From assembly GCF_006345805.1 (NCBI RefSeq), contig NC_043019.1:17855360-17919359 (forward strand): a stretch of 64,000 nt of DNA. The letters run 5' to 3'. This stretch comes from Octopus sinensis. Lineage: Eukaryota. Of the stretch, positions 23,755-38,925 are shown piece by piece. The notes under the pieces were generated by a model, which saw nothing but the letters and a program-made list of their open reading frames with translations, did no database searches and was not told the DNA's origin. A program made the translations under genes and the position numbers. Positions within the stretch are counted from its first letter, which is position 1, and each line of letters starts with the position of its first letter.

Positions 23755-26700
23755 TTGTTACCATTCTGTTGTCCAAACTAGCTATAGTCCTATACTTAAT
23801 CCATAGCATTGATTGTTACCATTCTGTTGTCCAAACTAGCTTAGTCCTATATTTAATCCGTAGCATTTTGTTGTTACCATTCTGTTGTCCAAACTAGCTC
23901 TAGTCCTATATTAAATCCATAGCAGTTTATTGTTACCATTCTGTTGTCCAAACTAGCTATAGTCCTCTATTAATAAATCCGTATAGCTATAGTCCTATAT
24001 TTAATCCATACTGTTTGATTGTTACCATTCTGTTGTCCAAACTAGCTATAGTCTCTTATTTAATTCCATAGCAGTTGATTGTTACCATTCTGTTGTCCAA
24101 ACTAGTTATATCCTATATTTAATCCGTAAGCAGTTGATTGTACCATTTTTCTGTTGTCGAAACTAGCTATAGTCCTATATTTAATCCGTAGCAGTTGATT
24201 GTTACCATTCTGTTGTCCAAACTAGCTATAGTCCTATATTTAATCCATAGCAGTTGATTGTTACCATTCTGTTGTCCAAACTAGCTATAGTCCTATATTT
24301 AATCCATAGCAGTTGATTGTTGCCATTCTGTTGTCCAAACTAGCTATAGTCCTATATTTAATCCATAGCAGTTGATTGTTACCATTCTGTTGTCCAAACT
24401 AGCTATAGTCCTATATTTAATCCGTAGCAGTTGATTGTTACCATTCTGTTGTCCAAACTAGCTATAGTCCTATATTTAATCCATAGCAGTTGATTGTTAC
24501 CATTCTGTTGTCCAAACTAGCTATAGTCCTATATTAATCCATAGCAGTTGATTGTTACCATTCTGTTGTCCAAACTAGCTATAGTCCTATATTTAATCCA
24601 TAGCAGTTGATTGTTACCATTCTGTTGTCCAAACTAGCTATAGTCCTTTATTTAATCCATAGCAGTTGATTGTTACCATTCTGTTGTCCAAACTAGCTAC
24701 AGTCCTGTATTTAATCCATAGCAGTTGATTGTTGCCATTCTGTTGTCCAAACTAGCTATAGTCTTATATTTAATCCATAGCAGTTGATTGTTACCATTAT
24801 GTTGTCCAAACTAGCTATAGTCCTATATTTAATCCATAGCTATAGTCCTATATTTAATCCATAGCAGTTGATTGTTACCATTCTGTTGTCCAAACTTGCT
24901 ATAGTTCTTTATTTAATCCATAGCAGTTGATTGTTACCATTCTGTTGTCCAAACTAGCTATAGTCCTATATTTAATCCGTAGCAGTTGATTGTTACCATT
25001 CTGTTGTCCAAACTAGCTATAGTCCTATATTTAATCCATAGCAGTTGATTGTTACCATTCTGTTGTCCAAACTAGCTATAGTCCTATATTTAATCCATAT
25101 CAGTCGATTGTTACCATTCTGTTGTCCAAACTAGCTATAGTCCTATTTTTAATCCATAGCAGTTGATTGTTACCATTCTGTTGTCCAAACTAGCTATAGT
25201 CCTATATTTAATCCATAGCAGTTGATTGTTACCATTCTGTTGTCCAAACTAGCTATAGTCCTATATTTAATCCGTATCAGTTGATTGTTGCCATTCTGTT
25301 GTCCAAACTAGCTATAGTCCTATATTTAATCCATAGCAGTTGATTGTTACCATTCTGTTGTCCAAACTAGCTATAGTCCTATATTTAATCCATAGCAGTT
25401 GATTGTTACCATTCTGTTGTCCAAACTAGCTATAGTCCTATATTTAATCCATAGCAGTTGATTGTTGCCATTCTGTTGTCCAAACTAGCTATAGTCCTCT
25501 ATTTAATCCATAGCAGTTGATTGTTACCATTCTGTTGTCCAAACTAGCTATAGTCCTATATTTAATCTGTAGCAGTTGATTGTTACCATTCTGTTGTCCA
25601 AACTAGCTATAGTCCTATATTTAATCCATAGCAGTTGATTGTTACCATTCTGTTGTCCAAACTAGCTATAGTCCTATATTTAATCCGTAGCAGTTGATTG
25701 TTACCATTCTGTTGTCCAAACTAGCTATAGTCCTATATTTAATCCATAGCAGTTGATTGTTACCATTCTGTTGTCCAAACTAGCTATAGTCCTATATTTA
25801 ATCCATAGCAGTTGATTGTTACCATTCTGTTGTCCAAACTAGCTATAGTCCTATATTTAATCCATAGCAGTTGATTGTTGCCATTCTGTTGTCCAAACTA
25901 GCTATAGTCCTATATTTAATCCGTAGCAGTTGATTGTTACCATTCTGTTGTCCAAACTAGCTATAGTCCTATATTTAATCCGTAGCAGTTGATTGTTACC
26001 ATTCTGTTGTCCAAACTAGCTATAGTCCTATATTTAATCCATAGCAGTTGATTGTTACCATTCTGTTGTCCAAACTAGCTATAGTCCTATATTTAATCGT
26101 AGCAGCAGTGATTGTTACCATTCTGTTGTCCAAACTAGCTATAGTCCTATATTTAATCCATAGCAGTTGATTGTTACCATTCCGTTGTCCAAACTAGCTA
26201 TAGTCCTATATTTAATCCGTAGCAGTTGATTGTTACCATTCTGTTGTCCAAACTAGCTATAGTCCTATATTTAATCCATAGCAGTTGATTGTTACCATTC
26301 TGTTGTCCAAACTAGGTATTGTCCTATATTTAATCCATAGCAGTTGATCGTTGCCATTCTGTTGTCCAAACTAGCTATAGTCCTATATTTAATCCGTAGC
26401 AGTTGATTGTTACCATTCTGTTGTCCAAACTAGCTATAGTCCTATATTTAATCCATAGCAGTTAATTGTTGCCATTCTGTTGTCCAAACTAGCTATAGTC
26501 CTATATTTAATCCATAGCAGTTGATTGTTACCATTCTGTTGTCCAAACTAGCTATAGTCCTATATTTAATCCGTAGCAGTTGATTGTTACCATTCTGTTG
26601 TCCAAACTAGCTATAGTCCTATATTTAATCCATAGCAGTTGATTGTTACCATTCTGTTGTCCAAACTAGCTATAGTCCTATATTTAATCCATAGCAGTTG

Positions 26701-27238
26701 ATTGTTACCATTCTGTTGTCCAAACTAGCTATAGTCCTATATTTAATCCATAGCTATAGTCCTATATTTAATCCATAGCAGTTGATTGTTACCATTCTGT
26801 TGTCCAAACTAGCTATAGTCCTATATTTAATCCATAGCAGTTGATTGTTGCCATTCTGTTGTCCAAACTAGCTATAGTCCTATATTTAATCCGTAGCAGT
26901 TGATTGTTACCATTCTGTTGTCCAAACTAGCTATAGTCCTATATTTAATCCATAGCAGTTGATTGTTACCATTCTGTTGTCCAAACTAGCTATAGTCCTA
27001 TATTTAATCCGTAGCAGTTGATTGTTACCATTCTGTTGTCCAAACTAGCTATAGTCCTATATTTAATCCATAGCAGTTGATTGTTACCATTCTGTTGTCC
27101 AAACTAGCTATAGTCCTATATTTAATCCATAGCAGTTGATTGTTTCCATTCTGTTGTCCAAACTAGCTATAGTCCTATATTTAATCCATAGCTATAGTCC
27201 TATATTTAATCCATAGCTATAGTCCTATATTTAATCCT
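23755..27238. repeat. 59-bp tandem satellite, ~59 copies visible
   Basis: Unit ttgattgttaccattctgttgtccaaactagctatagtcctatatttaatccatagcag; highly homogeneous; begins at the gap. Confidence 0.98.
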
Positions 27239-27677
27239 GAATTATTTCATGGTACATAAAATGCACTTTTTACTAAAAATAAAAAAAAACCTCAGAACAT
27301 TATCCTGGGCCACCCCGAATCTAATTTTATCCCCCATTGCTCATTAACTTTATTCCAGATGCTCTCTTCTACCTAACCCGACTCCAGAAAGGTAATATTT
27401 ACTTAAGCATTATTATTTCGCATAAAAATGTTTCTTGCTGTCTCCTGCTGCATCTAAATTATTTTTCTTGTTTTGTAATTTACTGCCAAATTGTTTTCAA
27501 TATTAAATGTTTTAAAGCATTTTCCCCCGAAATATGAGCATCTGAAATCAAGATACATCGAACGTACCTGTGTGTCTTTTTATGTCATCAAATATGGTAA
27601 TTATTCTCCTAATTGTGACACTGCTTGCTTGTTCCACTTGAACCTCTGTGTGTCTGTGTATGTGTGTTGTGTTCCCA

Positions 27678-28042
27678 ATATGGTTCTGGGTTCAGACCCA
27701 CTGCATAGCACCTTCAGCAAGTGTCTTTTACTATATTCTTGGGTCAATCAGAACCTTGTGAGTGGATTTGGCAGATAGAAACTGAAAGAACCTTATTGAG
27801 TGTGTATGTATATATATATGTACATTTGTGTGCCTTTGTGTCTGTATTTGTCTCTCACCACTGCTTGACAACCAGTGTTTGTGTCCCTGTAACTTAGCAG
27901 TTTGACAAAGGAGACTGATAGAATAAGGACCAGGTTTTACAAGAGAAAATAATAAGTACTGGGATCAATTTGTTGGACTAAAACTCTTCAAGTTGGTGCC
28001 CCAGCATGACCACAGTCTAATGACTGAAACAAGTAAAAGATA
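27678..28042 (+). mobile_element. SINE family B, diverged
   Basis: CORE and body motifs, ending aagtaaaaga. Confidence 0.7.
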
Positions 28043-28091
28043 TATATAGACTAATTGACCTAGGGATTGAACTTACACCCTCCAGGTAATG

Positions 28092-29381
28092 TATGAAGTA
28101 TGGCTGAAAAGTTCATAGGTTGACAATGAAGGAGTGATGCTAGAGCTGAGAAATCTTGCATGCATTCATTTCAGCTCTTCTTTTTAATATCTGCATTGTT
28201 TCTTTCCAGGTAAACTGACACCTGACGGTTCAAAAAAGACTTCAAAATTAATTAGTACCAACTTCTCTTAAAAATGGACAAAATTTGGCATCAAGTAGCT
28301 GTAGAGAATGGGCTTAAGCCCCTAACGACATGTTGATATGATTGCTACATTAAGGGATGACACTACAGCTTCAGTTTAGCTCCGAAAGATATCCATGTTG
28401 ATGTTGTGGCTACACTGGAGGATGACTCTCCAGCTTTATCAACAGTGCAAAATTGGGAAGCTGAATTCAGGAGGCGAAGGGTAAGTCTTGAGGATGACCC
28501 AAGGTTTGGACGTCCTGCAAGTGGCACCGTTGAGAAAAACATTTATCATGTTCACCACATGCTGATGGATGACAGGAGATTGACTTTAAATCAAAAAGCC
28601 AATGCTGCTAGCATATTCTGCACAATGACAAAGGTTTCTGCTTTGTGGGTGCCATGTTGTGTGACACGAAACCAAAAGTGCACCAGGCTGATCACATCAC
28701 TGGTAAATCTGACATTGCTTGAGCCAGATCCAGCTGGTTTCCTTGAATGTTTCTTCATTCAGGATGAGTGTTGGCTTCATCACTTTGACCCAGAGACAAT
28801 CCATGCAGTGGAAACACCCCTCCTCACCTGCCCCAAACAAAGCCACGGTCGTTTCATCTGCAGGGAAGGTGATGGCCTCAGTATTTCGGGGATGCAAAAG
28901 GCATTGTGTTTATTGACTATCTTCAAAAACCCAGACCATCAACGGAAAGTCCTATGTCAATTTGCTGGGGGTAGTTTTGGAAGGCAATCAAGACCAAACA
29001 CCCAGGAAGACTGACAAAAGGGGTCTTGTTTCATTAGGAAAATGCTCCAGCACACAAGTCCTTGGTTTCAATGGTTGCTGTGTATAATTGTAGCTTTGAA
29101 CTCGTTGATCACTGTCCCTAAGTCTCCTTATTTAGCCCCATCTGTCCCTCAACATGAAAAAAGCACTTTGCAGTGATGATGACATCATGTCTGCAGTTGA
29201 TGACTTTTTTTTTTAACCAACAGGATAGAAAGCTTCTTCACCAATGGGATCCAAGCACTGCAACACCAATGGAAGAAGTGTGTGGATCGTAAGAGGGATT
29301 GTGTTGAAAAATAAACTCCATTCGGCCACGTTCCATGAGGGTGTCTTGGTCAGCCTTTGAACTTTTTAGCTGACCCTTTTA
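28092..29381 (+). mobile_element. Full-length decayed mariner element (~1.29 kb)
   Basis: Imperfect ~32-bp TIRs at 28092-28124 and 29349-29381. Transposase remnants LEDDPRFGRP, WVP, DECWLHHFDPET, AGKVMASVF, ENAPAH, with frameshifts and stops. Confidence 0.88.
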
Positions 29382-32300
29382 CAACTCATTAGCATTTCCC
29401 TTCACCTACCTGTTAATCGTTTAATCTCTATTTCTTGGTCTCACAGGAGAACCTGTCCTAGAAATCATAAACTTTAAACCTAACTTGTATTTTCTTATTT
29501 CATTTCAGTCATTGAACAAACTCCCATGCTGGAGCACCGCCCTGAAGACTGGTAGAATAAGGACCAGGTTTTACAAGAGAAAATAATTAGGACTGGGATC
29601 AATTTGTTGGACTAAAACTCTTCAAGTTGGTTCCCCAGCATGACCAAACAAATTGGGATCCCAGTACTTATTCCATGTTACAAGGATGTAAACAAACCAA
29701 CACTGATTGTCAAGTGGTGGTGGTGGTGGCTTCCACACAGTTTTCATTTCTCACATTCAATAACAAAGGATTGGTTGGCCCAAGGTTATAGTAGAAGATA
29801 AAGGTGCCATGCCTTGGGACTGAACTTGAAACCACACGACCACATTGTTGCTTTCTTTCTTTCTTGAACCCTAGGGTTTGGTATTTGTTGCTATTTCTAG
29901 CATCTTATCCTCCAGAAAGAGATTATCTCTCATCGGTTTCAAGTGACACAAACTGGAGATTAGTAGCAAACCACAAGGTTTGTTGTGTTTCTGAAAAAGA
30001 TTTCAGCTGAGAGGAAGGAAACATTTTTTTGGCCCGAAGGGAGTTGAAAGTTCATAGGAACCCCTTAGAGCTGCTGAAATAGAGAATGAGACTTGGATAT
30101 TTTGGTTTCAAATTTTAGCACAAGTCCTGGGAAGGGGTTTAGTCGATTAGATCGATCCCCACCCCATCAGTACACAACCAGAGCTTATTTCATTGACTCT
30201 GATAGGATGAGAGACAAAGTTGTCCTTGGCTGAATTTGAACTCTGAACGTTTGAGCAGATAAGATACTGCAAAGCACTTTGCACGCGAATGGTTCTTCCA
30301 TTCCCTGCCGCCACCAGATGATGGTGGTGGTGCTTAATGAAGTCCTTGACGTAGACCCACGAAGGTGGAAATGAAAAAAGACCAGTTGTTATCGGCTGGA
30401 ACGTTGTCCACCTCAGGTCAGCTGGATCATGGACGGCTTTGCTGGGGGAGATTAAACAAACGGACAACTAAGACAAGAATAACAACAACAACAACAGAAA
30501 AGAAAAAATGTCCAAACATCAGACGTTGATCGTTATTTACATTTAATGTCTTGTTTCGATTCGTTTCTGTAAAGAGGAAAAAAAAAGACAAATAGGAGCG
30601 CCCCCCTCCCCCCACCCTCGTGTGGGCGGGGGCGGGGCGGGGGTGGGTCGTGTCTTATTCTTAGTATTTCTTTTTCCTTTTCTTTACTTAACATTTTGTT
30701 TCCATTTGTTGTTCTTCTTGATGTTGTGTTTCATGACACAATTAGACATATTCCATGACTTTTGACCCTTTCTGGGGGACGGGGACGACGTAGAGAGGTC
30801 ACCTTTTTCCTTATATACCATTGTCTCATCTGGTATTCAGTTCTGTCTGCCACATTTTGGAACTGAATTTGTTCCACTGTGGTGGTGGCCCTTACCTTTT
30901 ACTCCCGTTGATTGCCCTGTGGGGTTTCAGGTAAGAACCCAAAGTGACCCGAGTTTGTTAGGGAGAGGGACAAGGGAGAGCACTCTGACAGCAGACACTG
31001 TCTATGCTTCCCCCCCACCCACTCCCTTTCTCTCATCTCTCCACTGTCCCCAATTTTTTTAAAGGGTTTTCTGGTTGTTTATCATTTTGTATGTTTTGGT
31101 GGTTTCTTTTTTGATTTTTTTTTTCACTTGTTGTTACTGTTTTGAGTTGGTAGATTCAGGAGGTGTATGGTGGTGGCGGTGGTGGCGGCGGCGGTGGTGA
31201 TATGATGGTAGTTGTGGTGGTGGTGGTGGTGGTGGAGGGGGCAATGGTTGCAACACATGCTGGACAAATAATAAATGGCCACCGGACATATAGATATCCA
31301 GATGAATGTTTGTAAATGGCTGTTTGCGACTAACGACTTAACAGTTCCTTAGACTAGAAAACCTTGCAACTGATATAGTTTTGGGTGCAATAAGACCCTC
31401 GTCCTCACCTCAATGCTAAGTGGTCAATATTTGTTGTAAACTTAAGGAACCACCTTCTCTACATCTTTGTGTTTCAAGTGTTTATTACCAGATGATAAAA
31501 TAAATAAACAAAATAAAATGGAGTTCTATTTATCCACTTAATTCGAAGACTCTCCATAATGGTCCTCTCCTATGAAGTTGTCCTTAACCGACATTACAAG
31601 CATTGCTTGAAAACAGTTTTCTATTTCTAAAAGTGTTTAATATTAAAGATTATCTAATTATATTCCTTCATCTAATTTTGCTCTTTCTAATAACAGAAGA
31701 ACATTCTCACAGCCAGCTGTTTCATTAAAATAATATTATTTGCAACATCGAGAAAATCTGAAAATAGTTTTGTTGTTGTTGTTGCTGTTCTTTGGTGCTT
31801 AAAAAAACCCCAATCCATTGCCCCCAAGTGGGAACATGTTGGAAAAAAAGGGGACAGAAAGGCTTTTTCTGTTCCCAGTTTGGCTGAACTCCTAGAATTA
31901 AATGCTTAATATTATTTTTATCCATTTCTGTAATGTGACCCTAAAAGGTCATCAACATAATCAACTCATTAGCAATTCAATAATTAGTTTTCCTTAAAGT
32001 AGAATTAATGAAACCTTAATCTTCTAAGACTAATATATCCTGCCCTTGAGGAAAAAAGGGTTTTGTTCATAACCCCTTTCAGGACTCTCATGAAAAAACA
32101 TTTTGAAAGTTTTATTTTATATTTTTTTCAAACTGTTTAATATTCAGAGATTATTCCTTAAAATAATTTATTTCTGTTTATGGCCCTTTTTATAAATCTC
32201 TTGATCAGTAAAAGATATGAACAGAGATCAAAGATCAATAAATTACTGATTGAAAATAGATCAGTACGGATTATCAGCATCTGAGATAATCCAAAAACAA

Positions 32301-32759
32301 TGGTTCGAGTGACTGATTATTCCATGCTATAAATCATTAGTCGTGAATTAGTGATAGGAATCAGAAAGCTCACAAAATGATATAGACGTCTGAAACCAAT
32401 AACCAATCAATCAAATTACTAAATTACATAACTGAGGGACCAGTATTGGGTCCTTAATCAGCCATTGTGTGGGTTCAGTGAGCTTAGCAGCATGTTTTAC
32501 GTTTTTATATTCATATACCTCTCTCTCTCTCTCTCTCCTCGATCACACCATGTCAAAGGGTATCAGAAGGAGCAGAGATAAAGAAATCCCTTTCTGTTCC
32601 CTGTGGCTGGTCCCACTTCTTCCAAATTACGAGTTCAATTTGTTCGATAATGTACAAGTTGTCTGATAACACAACAGGATTCAGATTTTCGTAGATTGTC
32701 TCCCTTATCACAGATTGGGGTTCCAGTTGATTTATTTGAGTTTTTTTTACACACACACA

Positions 32760-32783
32760 CACACATATATTATTTATATTATC

Positions 32784-32817
<34 letters not shown>

Positions 32818-32998
32818 ATGTGTGTGTATATATATATGTGTGTGTGTATATATATGTATGTGTATATATATATATATATGTGTATATATATATGTGTATA
32901 TATATGTATATATATATATATGTATATATATATATGTGTATATATATATGTATATATATATATATGTATATATATATGTGTGTATATATATATGTATA

Positions 32999-33032
<34 letters not shown>

Positions 33033-33045
33033 ATGTGTGTGTGCG
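32760..33045. repeat. (TA)n/(TATG)n compound microsatellite
   Basis: Direct reading. Confidence 0.95.
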
Positions 33046-35063
33046 TGTGTTCTTTTTAGACTTAAACCAATTGAAATGTACAGAGGAAGGATAAAACTTC
33101 AGCCCTTTATATACAAAATAAATAGGTACCGAGGTTTAAATGATGCCTACAGAATCATGAATGTGTCTTCGTATGCACATGAGCACATGTGAGCAAATAC
33201 ACACACACACACACATGCATATCTATACAAATGTATTTTTGGGTGTCAGTGTGTCTATGAATAGAAAAATGCATGTTTGTGTGTATGATATGAATACATA
33301 CATATATATAATATACATATAGATAATATGCATGTATGTATAGTCTCATTCATATTATACACACGTGTTCTTATATATATATATATCTATATATATAATC
33401 CCTAATAAAACTCGGTACTGTGATGTGAACCCACCCACCCAGCTTTGTACAATTTTTCAATGTCAACTTTGTAGTGTGTGTGTATGTGTGAGCGTGTGTA
33501 TGTGTGTATGTACACACACGTGTGTGTTTGTTTAATTTTTGTTTCTCTTCTGCCTCACTTGTCTCCCCGTCCATTCTACACACTTGAAATGGAACCAGAT
33601 TCGGAATGAAAGCAGAAAAATGCACAGCCATTTTGTAGAGTAACGTTAATTAGGGGTGAACCAAAACAGACGGACAAACAGACAGACAGGTAGATAGACA
33701 GAACTGGACGCTGCTTTAGGTAGAAGGGATAAAAGTCGTTTAAGGGCAGAATTCACAGTCTGCTCCTTGTGAGCTTTAATTTACTTTCACTCTTTGGAGT
33801 TCTTGAGAATTCCTGACGACAAGAATTATCTGATCCATTCTTATTCCGCCCCCCCCCCATTCCCAGACCTAATCCCCGTCCTTTGTGGCGCAACGGCATG
33901 TTCAGTCCAGGGGAGATAACTGCAAATACTCAACTGAGAATGGACAAACCTGAAATTCCACTCATTTGGACCCCGCTTATCTTTTTCGTCGTAATCCAGG
34001 ATTTCTAATACCACTTTATCTTAAAAAAACAAATAAACGCTTTACTGCCAATGAAATTCTATATTTTATAAAGATCAAATCTAAAATCGTTATCATGGCT
34101 TCTATAATCATTTTACAGTTTACAGAGGTTGTCACAGTTTCTTTTAGCTCGTTGAGTCAGAAGACGACAAACCCAATAAAAAGGGAGTGACCCCTACTCC
34201 CCCCCCCCCCCCAAAAAAAAAAACATTCGTAATTTGTTCTGACTTGGAAAAATACTTTGAAAAAAAAATTTAAAAATTTAAATAATAAATGCTGAAATTA
34301 TATAAAAGTTTAAATTTAAATAAAATCGCTGTTATTGAGTGAGAGAGAACAGTGAGACTGGATTAAATATACGAAGCCCAGAATACCCATCATGACTACT
34401 ATTATTATCATTATTATTCGTTTAAAAATTAGTTTCAGCTAAGCCAAATTCTTAACTGTAAGACATTGATGAATGTACAAAAAAATGAAGGAGCGAGGTT
34501 CCAGTTCTGTCCGATTATTTTAAGAAAGAAAGAAGTAATAAAGGTGAAAAGGAAAATAAACTAAATAAAAAGGAAAGAGAAGCAAATAAGGAATGAATTA
34601 CCTTCAGAATGGTAACACACACACACACACACACCATACACACACATATATATACATATTTATGCATTATATATGTATATATACATACATATATATATAT
34701 ATATGCATTATATATGTATATGCATTTATATATATATATATATGTATAAATATATCTGCATTATATATGTATATATACATTTATACATATTATATATATG
34801 CATTTTTTATGTATATATATATATATATATGCATTATATATGTATGTATATATTACAACATAACATGCACACAAATGTAATCTAAGAATCGCTTAGTATT
34901 GTGGCACAGAAGAAAATTGAGAATAGATTTTGGGAGGTTAATACTAAAATAATATTTTTCTAATGATTCAAGGGGTGGGGGTATGTGTACTCCCGTCCCA
35001 ACCCTTCTCTTTCAGAATTGGAAAGAAAATACCTTTCTTAGTCTATTGTTAGTCTTCTTACTG

Positions 35064-35196
<133 letters not shown>

Positions 35197-35275
35197 TTGT
35201 TTTTGTCACTTCTATTTATAAGAAAAATATCAATTTGCAAAGCTACTTAAGAGCTGTTTGTGTGTGCGTGTATGC

Positions 35276-35352
<77 letters not shown>

Positions 35353-36454
35353 CACATAGATGAATATAGCTAAAAGCTGTACCTAATGTTTTCAGTGATG
35401 CGGGTGTGGTGGGTGGGATGAGGAATTTCTTGTGTAGAAGGAAAATAGATTTTGTCTTTTTATTAAAAAAGTTGATAATACAAAAAAAGTGTGTTGGATG
35501 TATTGTTGTTGTTGTTGTTGTAATGTTGTTTTTGTTGTTGTGCTGCTTTGTTCCTTTAGGCCTGAGAGTGTCAGTAATAACCCCTCTCTCTTGCTCTTTC
35601 TCTCTCTCTCTATTTTATTTAACGAGCTGTTTTTATCAGCACAAGACTTAATTGAGTAAATGTTGGTGAAGTTTTTGGATCTGCTGCTTGTTTCCTGAAG
35701 TGACAGTCTTTGCAGACTCAAAGAACAGACCCCCCCCCCCTATTTTTCTATCAAGAACATTGTTTCCTCCACTTTCCTAAACTTGAAACTCTAGCTCAAT
35801 AGCATGTCTCTGGCCAAAACAGCCATACACCACACAGAAAGCTGGCCCTGGTCAGCCATTGCCAAGATTCTATCTAAAGTGGAGGCGGAACAGGAATGGT
35901 TAGAACTTACTTAAGAAACTGGTATTCAGTAGGGTGAGTCAGAAGTGGAATGGAAGTGTGTGGCACGGTAATCTCAACGGTAGCAGTCTGCAGTTCACAT
36001 GTGCGGCCGACGTTAGAAATGGTTCTATGAATTCATAGTTGTCTTAATTCCAGACTAATCGAAATCACCGACTTCCAGCACCTCTCAGCAAATCAAAACC
36101 TATCATTTTGCCCCTCAGCAACTGATGTGGACCTTTTCTATTGGAATTAATAAAGAACCAAACTTCATAATGGTAACATTACCTAATACTGTCTAAGTCT
36201 ACCACGGTCATAGAAGACCTCCTGTGGTTATTTTAAATAGATAATAACAACAATAAATGTAATAATAATAATAATCAACAACAACTAAGTTATTGAAATA
36301 ATTTAACTGAAAATTTCCTCATCCCCTTCTGCCCCTCCCCCTCCCCCCCACTCATTTCTTAAATCTCTTTTATTCTCTTCCTCTAATTTCTTATTACAAA
36401 ATAAAAATAAAACAAAACTGAAAAATAATAAAAAACCTTATAATTTTGTTGCCA

Positions 36455-36503
<49 letters not shown>

Positions 36504-37599
36504 TATTATTATTATTATTATTATTATTGTTATCAACATCAACATCATTCCTATTTCAGTTCGAATCTTAGCCCTGGTATATTTTTAAGACCTACATTAC
36601 ATGGTTCCTTATAAAAAAAAAAAAAAAAAAACCTTCTCCCCCCCCCCTCTCTTCCAGGTAACCAGTTTCTAAAACTCGGCTTCAACTGTCTTTGAGTTGT
36701 GTTTCTCCAGTCTTCTTCCTTGCTATTTAATCTCCGTTAACAACACGGGAAAGTATAATCCCTCAAAACGCTAATCCTGCAATCCACAATTTCCTCTTCC
36801 AGACTTCCATTCCTCATCCATTCACTTACAACACTCACAAAAGCACTTCTTCACCTTTTCCACTCTCTCTCTCTCTCTCTCTCTCACTGCATCTCTCTCT
36901 CTCTCTCTCGTTCTCTCCCTCGTTCTCTTACTGTCTCTTCTTCTCTACCCCTTTTCTTCTTCTGCTGCAAGGAGCGGGGCCGGGAGTCTGGGTGGGAGAC
37001 GTAGCGAGCGGGCGGGCAGGGGGATGGAGTATGATCTCCGAAGTCGGGTGTGGGGGTTGGTGGGTCGGGTGGTGATGGAGGCGGTGATGTGTATGTTTGT
37101 GTGTGAAGGGGGTTGGGGGGATTTAAGGGGTGGTGGTGGGTGTTGGGGCGGTGCTATTTTTTCTCTCCTTTATGGCTACGTCTTGGCTGGACGAAGCAAA
37201 AAGACGATCCGAGATCAGATGCAAGCATGCAAGGCGCATTGAGTTGCCTCCCCTTGCTTTGCAGCCCTTCCTATCGCTGACCCAATGGAATGTCACCAAA
37301 ACCAAGCAGTGGACCTTTATTTTTTTGTTTTTGTCTTTGTTTTTCCCTTTCTTTCACCAAAACACTGGCCCCTTTCTTCACTAGTCACCGATGACAATGT
37401 GTGACTGCCTGCTGGGATTTCTCCAAGCTTCTTTTGAAATCTTCCATTGTGAGAGACACCTGGAAAGGACAGACAGGGATTCAACGAAAATAGAAGGAAA
37501 AAAGGAAAAATCGATAATAATAATAACAGTTTTCTCATTTTGGTACAATTCTACCAAATTTTAAGGGAAAGATTCGTCAATACTATTGAACCACAGTGC

Positions 37600-38590
37600 T
37601 CAAATAGTACTTATTCTGACAGCGACAACAACAATAAGATTCCTTTCTCGCAGAGGCACAAGGCTTGAAATTTTGGAGGAAGGGTTCATTGATTACATCG
37701 ACCCCAGTTTTCAACTGGCCCTTCTTTTATCAACTCCAAAAAGGATAACAGGCAAAGCTGACCTCGGCAGAATTTGAACTCAGGACATAAAAGCAGAAAT
37801 ACTACCAGGCATTTTGTCCCACACACCAACAATTCAGCCAACATAGTTTGTTGTTTTGAGGGGAAGGGCATCGGCCCCTGAACTTGACTGGTCCTGTGTC
37901 TCAATCAGCTTCAAGTAATTCTTTCCAAGCGGTCTTCTATTCCGCCAATCCATCTTGAAAGAAACAAACTCCTAAACACTAACATTTTATAAAGAGAAAC
38001 TGAGTTGATCCACCCCCACCCCATCCCCGAAACTTGTCAAAACTCTGGATTACCTTGAGTAGAGATGGCAGTTTCATAATCTGGGTTTTCTCACCTGAAA
38101 TAATAATAATAATAATCATAATAATAATATTAATAATCCTTTCTACTATAAGGGCTGAAATTTTGGGGGAGTGGGAAAGTTGATTACATCAACTCCAGTA
38201 CTCAACTGGTACTTTACTTTATCAACCCCGAAAGGATGAAGGGCAAAGTCGATCTCAGTGGAAATTGAACTCGGAACATGAAGACAGATGAAATACCACT
38301 AAGTATTTCGCCCAGTGTGCTAACGATTCTGCCAGCTTGCCACCTTAATAATAATAATAATAATAATAATAATGGTTTCAAATTTGGCAGAAGGGCAGCA
38401 ATTTGGTGGGGAGGAGATGAGTCGATTACAACGACCCCAGTTTTCAACTGGTACTTATTTTATGAACCCTGAAAGGATGAAATGTAAAGTTGACCTTGGT
38501 GAAATTTGAATTCAGAACGTAGCAATAGGGGGCGGGGAATACCAATAAGCATTTTGTCCAGGGCCCTAATGACTCTGCCAGATTGTTGCC
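37600..38590 (-). mobile_element. Three diverged SINE A copies
   Basis: Family A motifs at about 37680-37840, 38150-38345 and 38400-38590. Confidence 0.7.
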
Positions 38591-38654
38591 TTAATAACAA
38601 TAACAACAACAACAACAATAATAATAATGATAATGATGATGATACAGGGTTCTT

Positions 38655-38925
38655 GAAGCATGACCAGTAAACAAATATCACCTTAGTCTGCTGGTTATGG
38701 ATGAGGAGGAGTGATCTGAAGATAGAGACAGAAGCACTCAAGTGCACACAGCTCAAGATCAAGCATTAAGGACCAATTATATGAAGTGCAGTAAAGATAA
38801 GACTACCAACAGCAACAAACGCAGAATGTGTGCTGAGAGGGGTGAAACGGTGAGAAGGCATATTGTTAGCGAATGCTTGAAATTGGTAGAATGCGAATAC
38901 AAAAGACAACATTACAATGTGACGG
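38655..38925 (+). mobile_element. R4/Dong-type (restriction-like endonuclease) LINE fragment
   Basis: W.RRSDLKIETEAL / AQDQALRTNY...K.RMC...GETV.HIVSEC.KL...YK.QH matches the CCHC region of R4/Dong ORFs; adjacent to (AAC)n(AAT)n. Confidence 0.7.

Noticed and set aside
23755-27238. 59-bp array as a CRISPR array or ribozyme tandem
   Set aside because: No unique spacers, no cas genes, eukaryotic context, and no CUGANGA core on either strand.
30147-30467. 106-aa ORF with a His run
   Set aside because: The 3' half is SINE A sequence and the His run is a (CAC)n repeat. An acceptor-like site near 30446 is unconfirmed.
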